From the NCBI GenBank assembly GCA_002269645.1, contig NIVC01000945.1:186001-250000 (forward strand): a stretch of 64,000 bases of DNA, read 5' to 3'. The stretch comes from Macrostomum lignano. Lineage: Eukaryota. Shown piece after piece: positions 22,684-34,700 of the stretch. Under the pieces are notes generated by a model. The model ran no database searches. It was not told the origin of the DNA and was given only the letters and a program-made list of their open reading frames with translations. Every line of letters begins with the position of its first letter. The stretch's first letter is position 1. The translations under genes were made by a program, and so were the position numbers.

Positions 22684-22701
22684 ATAATTGGAGAGTTACA
22701 G

Positions 22702-25700
22702 GAGCGAGACGCATCTTTGTCAGTCCCGTGGACACTCACTGTCATTGCCAAAACAATACCTTGAACTTTTCGCCAATGGCCTGAGAAAATGTCTAGAGGC
22801 ATCTATCACAAGTACATCCCAAAACAGACAGACGTAATCTGTGGAATCGTCAGAAATATATTAGTAGAACTGCTATAGAAAAGGAAAGTGCAAATGGAGT
22901 TTCAATCAGCTGGGAATGCGTATTAGCTAGCTACTCAGCAGATCTAGCTCCGCGTTCTGCATGGCTCATAAAATTTGCAGCTTACAGTTCACAGTCAGAC
23001 ACGTGGTTGGCTACTGTCCAATCATTAATTTAGTTGTTCTCAGCACAGTCTCGGTTGAATTCTTGCCTCCGATTTTTGTATAGACCCTAGAATTTTAGAA
23101 ATTGGGCAATCAGAGCTTAGAGCGACAGTTACTGAGCTTAGAGTGACAGATACGGAGCTTAGAGTGACAGATACGGAGCTTAGAGTGACAGTTACTGAGC
23201 TTAGAGTGACAGATACGGAGCTTAGAGAGACAGATACGGAGCTTAGAGTGACAGATACGGAGCTTAGAGTGACAGATGTGGAGCTTAGAATGACAGATGT
23301 GGAGCTGGAGCTTCGAGAAACATATATCGAGCTTAGAGTGACAGATGCGGAGCTTAGAGTGACATATATTGAGCTTAGAGTGACAGATGCGGAGCTTAGA
23401 GTGACAGATATGGACTATTGAGTTCATAGCTAGGCTACCTTGGCATACCTACATACCTATGTACACTAGTAAAATGTTATGAATACGGTGTTTACTATCA
23501 CATCACAACAGCTTATAGAAAAGTGACAAGTTCAGTCAAAAAGCGCCAAGCTGTCACGCTCTCTTTCACAATGCTTGAAGCCAGAAGAAAGAGGATTGAA
23601 ATCCCCCCTCACAATGGTGGGGCAGTCAGGCGTCGCAACGATGGAACTTCCCATTAAATTGGTTACCAAGCGCTCACAATGGCAGTCATGAAAAGAAATC
23701 AATTGTGGACCTCATCTTCAAGGTGAACTATTTGCATAGCAACTGAGTTGCCATACAACAATAGAAGGAAAGAGTTTATTCTAAGAGCTACTCTTAGCGA
23801 GTGCTGATAAGTGCTGCTTTAAAGTTCTAAACATTCTGCATGTATGAGCCAAGTGTGATTCTATCCCATTCACGATTGAATTTAGTCTACTCACTAGCAA
23901 TCTACGCCCCCCGTTGGGGAGCCAAAGAAATGCAATACACGTTATTTTAATACGCTACATGTATCCTTGAAATCTTAAAAAATCTACTATCAAACCTTGT
24001 AAGCCTTGACATGTCAGTAATTCCCCCCCACAAGCTTTAACATATCAACTTCCCCCCCTTGACATCTCAGCCATGCCCCCAATAAGCCTTGGAAATCTAA
24101 AAATATCTGTCAACCTTCTAACCCTAACCCTAGCCTAACCCCTACCCTAACCCTAACCCTAACCTAACCCTAAAGCATTGAAATTTCAGTAATTCTCTCT
24201 AAGAGTCATTATAGCACTACTACAGCATTATAGCGATTCCCTGCAAGCCTCGACATCGTAGGGATTCCCAAATGAATATCTTAATTTCGACATGAAGCTT
24301 CTTTTATTTTTTACATTACGCTTTTTTAATCAGCGATCCCTCCCCTGAGGAGGCATCAAATAATGTAATAAAAAGTTTTCAATAAACTACATGTAGCTTC
24401 TGACTTTAGCCTTGAAATCTCATTTATACCCCCGTGAGCCTTGACATCTCAGCTATTCCCCCGTAAGCCTTAACATGTCAGCGATGGCGCCCATAAACCT
24501 TGAAATCTGAAAAATCCCCTGCTAACCTTGAAACCCGATAAAATATAACCCTCAACCCACACCTGACCTAAACCTAACTTTAACCCAACCTAAAGCCTTG
24601 AAATCTCAGCAATTCTTCTCCCCTAAGCCTTGACATTTTAGTGATTCCTTCTTTAAGAATCACAGCACTATAACGATTTCCACCTAGCTTTGACATCGTA
24701 GCAATTCCCAAATGAATCTTTTAACTTCGACATGACTTTTCTTTTATGTATACATAGTTCTACTTTTATTTTTTACATGACTCTTCTTCTATCAGCGCCC
24801 CCCGTGGCGAGCCAACAAAGAATGCAATAAAAAAAATTGAGTAAAGTACATGAACTTTGAACTAGCTTCTGACTATTGCTTTGACATCTCAGAAACCCCC
24901 CCGTAATCTCAGTTATTCTCTGAGAGCCTTGACGTCTCAGTTTTTCTCCCCAGCACAGCATTATAGCTGCATTTAATTTTTCCATGACACCTTTCATGTC
25001 TGACATGACGCTTCTTTTATTCTACTATGATGCTTCTTAATTTTTTAAATGACACTTTCATTAGTTTTTAAATGACGCTTCTATGATTTTTTCATGACGC
25101 TTCTATGATTTTAACATGACGCTTCTATGATTTTAACATGACGCTTCTATGATTTTTTCATGACGCTTTTATGATTTTTTACATGACGCTTGTATGATTG
25201 TTTACATGACGCTTCTATGATTTTTAAAATGACGCTTCTATGATTTTTTAAATGACGCTTCTATGATTGTTTACATGACGCTTTTATGATTTTTAAATGA
25301 CGCTTCTATGATTGTTTACATGACGCTTTTATGATTTTTACATGACGCTTCTATGATTTTTTACATGACGCTTCTATGATTGTTTACATGACGCTTCTAT
25401 GATTGTTTACATGACGCTTCTATGATTTTTTAAATGACGTTTTTTTGATTATTATATGACGCCTCTATGATTTTTTAAATGACGCTTCTATGATTTTTAT
25501 ATTACGCTCTTACGATTTTTTACATGACGCTTTTATGATTGTTTACACGATGCTTCTATGATTTTTTACATGACGCTTCTATGATTTTTTAAATGACGCT
25601 TCCATGATTGTTTACATGACGCTTCTATGATTTTTTACATGACGCTTCTATGATTGTTTACATGACGCTTCTATGATTGTTTACATGACGCTTCTATGAT

Positions 25701-28700
25701 TTTTTAAATGACGCTTCTATGATTTTTATATGACGCTTCTATGATTTTTTACATGACTCTTTTATGATTTTTTACATGACGCTTCTATGATTGTTTACAT
25801 GACGCTTCTATGATTTTTTACATGACGCTTCTATGATTTTTTACACGACGCTTCTATGATTTTTTACATGACGCTTCTATGATTTTTACATGACGCTTCT
25901 ATGATTGTTTACATGACGCTTCTATGATTGTTTACATGACGCTTCTATGATTGTTTACATGACGCTTCTATGATTTTTTTAGTTTTCTTGGCGTTAAAAA
26001 GCTTTAATTAAAAAAACTCTACTCTCTAAAAATTCGAACCATCGTTTCTGCATTTAGCAGTTCAGTCTGTTTACCTCTAGGCTAGCTCTCATCGTTTTGA
26101 TAACATGAATTCAGCACTTAAAATTATAATAAAAAAAACTCCAAGCATAGAGTAAATCACACGAGGCAGTTATTACATAATCAATTTCTCAGTCAGTCAG
26201 TATCAGTTAACAATATGGTTGCGCAATCTAAAACAAGTCTGGTGCTACGCTTCCACACTGCATTTTCAATACTGTGACGCAATTCAAGTCGGAGTTACAA
26301 TTCAGTTATGATGTAATCCATTTCAGAATCAGAATTCAACCAGTCAGTTTTTTCTCTAGCATTCTTACAATGCATTTCAAGTCGAAAAGTTTGCTTGACC
26401 TTTGCAAAAAAGCATGTTTTTCGAATATTTAATCGCTTTAACATGGAGCAATTTCTTAGCCAAGATGCATGTACCGTCCCAGGAAAATTTCTGATCGAAC
26501 AGTGCAAGTTCGAAGAAAATCGGTCCAGCCATTTTTTCTCTAATCGATTGCGTACAAACAAACAAGATTTTCATTTTTAGTATATGGACTAGCAATCTTC
26601 GCCCCCCGTTGGGGGACATCTGTATAGAATCTCTGTTCTCTACAAGTAATAAGAAAATAGCCAAATAAAGCTTTCACAAAGAAAACAGACAAACTACTCA
26701 AATGAAGTGCAATGCAAAAAGAAATCATCCCAAGACAGCAAGCATCCCCCAGATAGCAAGCATCCCCCAGATAGCAAGCATCCCCCAGATTGCAAGCATC
26801 CCCCGGATAGCAAGCATCCCCAGATAGCAAGCATCACCCAAATAGCAAGCATCCCCAGATAGCAAGCATCCCCGGATAGCAAGCATCACCCAAATAGCAA
26901 GCATCCCCAGATAGCAAGCATCCCCCAGATAGCAAGCATCCCCAGATTTCAAGCATCCCCCGGATAGCAAGCATCCCCCAGATAGCAAGCATCCCCAGAT
27001 TTCAAGCATCCCCGGATAGCAAGCATCCCCAGATAGCAAGCATCACCCAAATAGCAAGCATCCCCAGATAGCAAGCATCCCCCAGATAGTAAGCATTACC
27101 CAAATGGCAAGCATCCCCCAGATAGCAAGCATTACCCAAATAGCAAGCATCCCCAAATAGCAGGCATCCCCCAGATAGCAAGCATTACCCAAATAGCAAG
27201 CATCCCCAGATAGCAAGCATCCCCCAGATAGCAAGCATCACCCAAATAGCAAGCATCCCCAGATAGCAAGCATCCTCCAGATAGCAAAAATCCCCCAGAT
27301 AGCAAGAATCCACCAGATAGCAAGCATCACCCAAATAGCAAGCATCCCCAGATAGCAAGCATCCCCCAGATAGCAAGCATCCCCCAGATAGCAAGCATCC
27401 TCCAGATAGCAAGAATCCCCCAGATAGCAAGAATCTCCCAGATAGCAAGCATCCCCCAGATAGCAAGCATCCCCCAGATAGCAAGCATCCCCAAGATACA
27501 AGCTAGCAAGCATCCCCCAGATAGATAGCATCCTAGATAGCATAATAAGTAGCTAGTGCGACAATTTCCTTAGCATTATAGTGGCTCCTTTAAAATTCGC
27601 AAACTTTTACGTTTGAAATTGTGTATCTTTTATGTTTGACATGGTAGCCCTTTAATGTTCAACATGGTGGCTCTTTTATGTTCGACATAGTGGCTCCTTT
27701 ATGATCGACATGGTGGCTCTTTTATGTTCGACATAGTGCCTCCTTTATGTTCGACATGGTGGCTCCTTTATGTTCGACATGGTGGCTCTTTAATGTTTGA
27801 TATGGTGGCTCTTTAATGTTTGACATGGTAGCCCTTAAATGTTCAACATGGTGGGTCTTTTATGTTTGAAATAAAGTCTCTTATATGTTTGACATGGTGG
27901 CTCTTTAATGTTCTACATGGTGGCTCTTTTATGTTCGACATGGAGTCACATATATGTTTGACATGGTGGCTCTTTAATGTTCTACATGGTGGCTCTTTTA
28001 TGTTCGACATGGAGTCACATATATGTTTGACATGGTGGCTCTTTAATGTTCGACATGGTGGCTCTTTAATTTTTGACGTTGTGGCTCTTTAATGTTCGAC
28101 ATGGTGGCTCGAATGTTTGACATGGTGGCTCTTTAATGTTCGACACGATGGCACTTTAATGTTTGATATGGTGGCTCTTTAATGTTTGACATGGTAGCTC
28201 TATAATGTTCAACATGGTGGCTCTTTTATGTTTAAAATAAAGTCTCCTATATGTTTGACATGGTGGCTCTTTAATGTTCGACATGAAGTCACGTATATGT
28301 TTTATATAGAGTCATATATGTTTTACATAGTGGCTCTTTTATGTTTGAAATGGTGGCTCTTTAATCTTTGACATGGTGGCTCTTTAATGTTCGACATGGT
28401 GGCTCCTTAATGTTCGACACGATGGCTTTTTAATTTTTGACGTTGTGGCTCTTTAATGTTCGACATGGTGGCTCAAAAGTTTGACATGGTGGCTCTTTAA
28501 TCTTTGACATGGTGGCTCTTTAATGTTCGACATGGTGGCTCCTTAATGTTCGACACGATGGCTCTTTAATGTATGACATGGTGGCTCTTTTATGTTTTAC
28601 ATGGTGGCTCTTTAATGTTCGACATGGTGGCTCCTTAATGTTCGACACGATGGCTTTTTAATTTTTGACGTTGTGGCTCTTTAATGTTCGACATGGTGGC

Positions 28701-31700
28701 TCAAAAGTTTGACATGGTGGCTCTTTAATCTTTGACATGGTGGCTCTTTAATGTTCGACATGGTGGCTCCTTAATGTTCGACACGATGGCTCTTTAATGT
28801 ATGACATGGTGGCTCTTTTATGTTTTACATGGTGGCTCTTTAATGTTCGACATGGTAGCTCTTTAATGTTTGACATGGTGGCTCTTTTCTGTTTGACATG
28901 ATGGTTCTTTTATGTTTGAAATGGTGGCTCTTTAATGTTTGATATAGTGGTTCTTTTATGTTTGACATGGTGGCTCTTTTATGTTTGACATGGTGGCTTT
29001 TTAATTTTTGACATTGTGGCTCTAATGTTTGACATGGTGGCTCTTTGATGTTTGACATGGTGGCTCTTTAATTTTTGATATAGTGACTCTTTAATGTTCG
29101 ACATGGAATCACGTATATGGTCGACATGGTGGTTTTTTAATGTTTGACATGGTGGCTCTTTTATGTTTGACATTGTGGCTCTTTAATGTTCGACATGGTG
29201 GCTCTAATGTTTGACATGGTGGCTCTTTGATGTTTGACATGGTGGCTCTTTGATGTTTGACATGGTGGCTCTTTAATGTTTGAAATGGTGGCTCTTTAAT
29301 GTTCGAAATGGGGGCTCTTTAATGTTCAAAATGGTCGCTCTTTAATGTTCGACATGATGCCTCTTTTAGGTTTGACATGATGGCTTTTTTATGTTTGACA
29401 TGGTGGCTCTTTAATGTTCGACATGGTGGCTCGTTTAGGTTCGACATGGTGGCTCTTTTTTAATGTTTTACATGGTGGCTCTTTAATGTTTTACATGGTG
29501 GCTCTTTTATGTTCGACATGGTGGCTCTTTTTTATTCTACATGGTAACTCTTTTATGTTTGATACGGTGGCTTTTTAATGTCTGACATGGTGGCTCTTTA
29601 ATGTTCGAAATGGTGGCTCTTTAATGTTCAAAATGGTGGCTCTTTTATGGATGACATGGTGGCTTTTTAATGTTTGACATGATAGCTCTTTTATGTTCGA
29701 TATGGTGGCCCTTTAATGTTCGACATGGGGGCTCTTTAATGTTTGACATGAAAACTCTTTTATGTTCGATATGGTGGCTCTTTAATGTTCGACATGGTTG
29801 CTCTTCTATGTTTGACATTGCGCTTCTTTTATGTTTAGCAGTTTTGTGTTTTTAAGGTGTTTTAATAAAAAAATTTTTGCACTACTAAGATTCGAACTCA
29901 GGTCGCTACTTTAGCATTCCAGTCTGTTCGCATCTGGGCTATCTCTTTTTAATTGGAGAATGTGAATTGTGGCCCTTATAATTTAATTCTTACAGCAAGT
30001 GAGTTAGAGTAAAAGTTATGACATAATCAATTTCTCAGTCAGCCAGTATCAGTCTCAATTTAAGTTAGCAATATTGTTACGCAATTTTAATCAAGTCGTG
30101 TGTGCATTTCTTTGACACTGTTTTCAACTTGTGATGCAATCTTTATCACAATTGAAATTCAGTCAGTGAGTTTTTTCTCTCGCATTTTTACAATGCATTT
30201 CAGGTCAAAAGAGCTGCTTGACCTTTGCAAAAAAGCATGTTTTTCGAATATTTAATCCCTTTAGCATTTAGCAATTTCTTAGCCAAGATGCATGTACCGT
30301 GCCAGGAAAATTTCTGATCGAATGGTGCAAGTTTGAAGAAAATCGGTTGAGCCAATTTTTCTGAAATCTATCGCATACCCACAGACAACTCATTTTTAGT
30401 ATATAGGACTAGCTAATTAGAGCTGGCTGCCAGCATCCAGAATAATTTTTATTGCCCCCACCCTTTAAGTGGGTCCAGTGAGTTTTCTTATCAGTTGGCT
30501 CTGGCGCAATCAATTAAAATTGACTGTGAAGTTTCTCGCTGATAAAATTTGCATTGAAAAAGGCCATTTAAAACAGTTTTTCGAATATTTAATCCCTTTA
30601 GCATTGAAGCAGATACAAGAAATTTTAACTGTCTTCTTTCCAGACAATTTTGAATGTTTTGGCGAAAACGCGATCAAAATCGGTGAAGAATTGCAATCTC
30701 TAGAGCGTTATGGACAAACATACAAACAAACAAACAAACAAACAAACAAATATTAGAGATTTAGTATATTTAGATTGGTGTTAATCTACCTACAGATGAG
30801 AGTGTGTCTATATCTACCTACAGATTAGAGTGAATCTACTCAAAGACTATAATCAAATCTACCCAGAAAGGTTAGGGCCTTATCTATTAATTTTTCATCC
30901 ATAGTGCAAATTAGGCAATAAAATAACTGCGCCGCTTTGAAGAACTTCTATAACTTGGTTTTTAAGAGCTGTGCTACCGCTGTAGCAAACGGGACAATTA
31001 GCACAGCGGCTTCAAGATAAGATAAGATAAGATAAGAGATGGATGGAATCGGCTGCACACAGACAAATGCTAATTAAGTGCTTTAGCGGCATGGACAGGG
31101 GGTTGAGCAAAAGAACAATAAAAATGAATTGAAAAGGTACAGAAAGAATTGTGAGTCTACCCCTCTGAGAACCTGCTCCATATCTTTCTATCTCACCGCG
31201 TATGTTGTATTAGCACTTTTAACTCACCTTTCATGCCCGCTGTGATGTATCTCACTGATTCATGTGTCTCTCTCAGAAGGTTCTCACTGATTCATGTGTC
31301 TCTCTTAGAAGGTTCTCACTAATTCATGTGTCTCTCTCAGAAGGTTCTCACTAATTCATGTGTCTCTCTAAGATGTTTCTCACTAATTCATGTGTCTCTC
31401 TTAGATGTTTCTCACTGATTCATGTGTCTCAGCTATCAATGTTTCTCCCTGATTCGTGTGTCTATCTAAGATGTTTCTCCCTGATTCGTGTGTCTCTCTC
31501 AGATGTTTCTCACTGATTCATGTGTCTCTCTCAGATGTTTCTCACTGATTCATGTGTATCTCTCAGATGTTTCTCACTGATTCATGTGTATCTCTCAGAT
31601 GTTTCTCACTAATTCATGTGTCTCTCTTAGATGTTTCTCACTGATTCATGTGTCTCAGCTATCAATGTTTCTCCCTGATTCGTGTGTCTATCTAAGATGT

Positions 31701-34700
31701 TTCTCCCTGATTCGTGTGTCTCTCTCAGATGTTTCTCACTGATTCATGTGTATCTATCAGATGTTTCTCACTGATTCATGTGTATCTCTCAGATGTTTCT
31801 CACTGATTCATGTGTATCTCTCAGATGTTTATCACTGATTCATGTGTCTCTATCAGATGTTTCTCACTGATTCATGTGTCTCTCTAAGATGTTTCTCCCT
31901 GATTCGTGTGTCCCTCTTATATGTTTCTCATTGTTTCAACGTGCTACTTCGCAATTACGAATTAATTGCGTAATTTTTGTTTCAAGTAGATTTTTTGTTT
32001 CACTCGTTAGCTCTAGAGATATGTGCAGGTCTGTGCCTCTCCATGCTGCTTGCTTGAGCATTCGGTCTTTCCAGGAAATGCAAACGCTTCAAGACTTCGC
32101 AAACACCTAACTCGGGTAAATACCAGAACAGGCTGCTGCACCGGAGAAAAAGATAGAAAAGATGGTTAAGCCATGTTTGCATAGGCGGCCAAAATAGTTT
32201 GTTTTAGTTTTCTGTTTGCCTAACTGAATCGCTTGGCTTGCCATTTCTTGTAGAGGAAAATGGAATCTGTCTTGTCGGCGGTCCGGATGATGCATTAACA
32301 ACTTTATCTTCATTGCCTCACCTGTTAGACAGGTCAGTGTCACCTGTTAGACAGGACAGTGTCACCTGTTAGACAGGATAGTGTCACCTGTTAGACAGGA
32401 TAGTGTCACCTGTTAGACAGGATAGTGTCACCTGTTAGACAGGATAGTGTCACCTGTTAGACAGGACAGTGTCACCTGTTAGACAGGATAGTGTCACCTG
32501 TTAGACAGGATAGTGTCACCTGTTAGACAGGATAGTGTCACCTGTTAGACAGGATAGTGTCACCTGTTAGACAGGATAGTGTCACCTGTTAGACAGGATA
32601 GTGTCACCTGTTAGACAGGATAGTGTCACCTGTTAGACAGGATAGTGTCACCTGTTAGACAGGATAGTGTCACCTGTTAGACAGGATAGTGTCACCTGTT
32701 AGACAGGACAGTGTCACCTGTTAGACAGGATAGTGTCACCGGTTAGACAGGATAGTGTCACCTGTTAGACAGGATAGTGTCACCTGTTAGACAGGACAGT
32801 GTCACCTGTTACACAGGATAGTGTCACCTGTTAAACAGGATAGTGCCACCTGTTAGACAGGATAGTGTCATCTGTTAGACAGGATAGTGTCACCTGTTAG
32901 ACAGGATAGTGTCACCTGTTAGACAGAATAGTGCCACCTGTTAGACAGGATAGTGTCACCTGTTAGACAGGATAGTGTCACCTGTTAGACAGGACAGTGT
33001 CACCTGTTAGACAGGATAGTGTCACCTGTTAGACAGGATAGTGTCACCTGTTAGACAGGATAGTGTCACCTGTTAGACAGGATAGTGTCACCTTTTAGAC
33101 AGAATAGTGTCACCTGTTAGACAGGACAGTGTCACCTGTTAGACAGGATAGTGTCACCTGTTAGACAGGATAGTGTCACCTGTTAGACAGGATAGTGTCA
33201 CCTGTTAGACAGGATAGTGTCACCTGTTAGACAGGATAGTGTCACCTGTTAGACAGGATAGTGTCACCTGTTAGACAGGATAGTGTCACCTGTTAGACAG
33301 GATAGTGTCACCTTTTAGACAGAATAGTGTCACCTGTTAGACAGGATAGTGTCACCTGTTAGACAGGATAGTGTCTCCTGTTAGACAGGATAGTGTCACC
33401 TGTTAGACAGGATAGTGTCACCTGTTAGACAGGATAGTGTCTCCTGTTAGACAGGATAGTGTCACCTGTTAGACAGGATAGTGTCACCTGTTAGACAGGA
33501 TAGTGTCACCTGTTAGACAGGATAGTGTCACTTGTTACACAGGTTTAATTTAATTTCTACATTAAAGATTCTGAGAAAACACTTAGGGGTGCACATAACT
33601 ATTTCTTTCTTATTTTTTCTAGTTAATGAATATTCCTCATATAAATTCTGTTTAGAAAAAAAGTAATATTAAATGAAGCAGGTGGTGGAACAGCTGACTG
33701 CTTCGGGAGTCAGTTTTCATTCCTTAAGCCTGCTTAAGTCTGCTGCACCCGAACAATCGTGTATTGCATAATCCCAGCCGAGTGGATCTCTATTAATATT
33801 TCTCACTGATTCATGTGTCTCTCTCAGATGTTTCTCCCTGATTCATGTGTCTCTCTCAGATGTTTCTCACTGATTCATGTGTCTCTCTCATATGTTTCTC
33901 ACTAATTCATGTGTCTCTCTTAGATGTTTCTCACTGATTCATGTGTCTCTCTCAGATGTTTCTCACTGATTCATGTGTCTCTCTCAGATGTTTCTCCCTG
34001 ATTCATGTGTCTCTATTAATATTTCTCCCTGATTCATGTGTCTCTCTCGGATGTTTCCCACTGATTCATGTGTCTCTATTAATGTTTCTCACTAATTCAT
34101 GTGTCTCTATTAATGTTTCTCACTGATTCATGTGTCTCTCTAAGATGTTTCTCCCTGATTCGTGTGTCTATCTGAGATGTTTCTCCCTGATTCGTGTGTC
34201 CCTCTTATATGTTTCTCATTGTTTCAACGTGCTACTTCGCAATTAGATTTTTGTTTCACTCGTTAGCTCTAGAGAAATGCACAGGTTCGCCTCTCCATGC
34301 TGCTTGCTTGAGCATTCGGTCTTTCCAGGAAATGCAAACGCTTCAAGACTTCGCAAACACCTAACTCGGGTAAACACCAGAACAGGCTGCTGCACCGGAG
34401 AAAAAGATAGAAAAGATGGTTAAGCCATGTTTGCATAGGCGGCCAAAATAGTTTGTTTTAGTTTTCTGTTTGCCTAACTGAATCGCTTGGCTTGCCATTT
34501 CTTGTAGAGGAAAATGGAATCTGTCTTGTCGGCGGTCCGGATGATGCATTAACAACTTTATCTTCATTGCCTCACCTGTTAGACAGGTCAGTGTCACCTG
34601 TTAGACAGGATAGTGTCACCTGTTAGACAGGACAGTGTCACCTGTTAGACAGGATAGTGTCACCTGTTAGACAGGATAGTGTCACCTGTTAGACAGGATA

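Noticed and set aside
24117-24172. Chromosome end or true telomere
   Set aside because: Short, degenerate CCCTAA tract inside a diverged repeat unit.
29875-29945. tRNA gene on the minus strand (A/B-box-like)
   Set aside because: No convincing cloverleaf; more likely a decayed SINE head. The same applies to 12887-12960.
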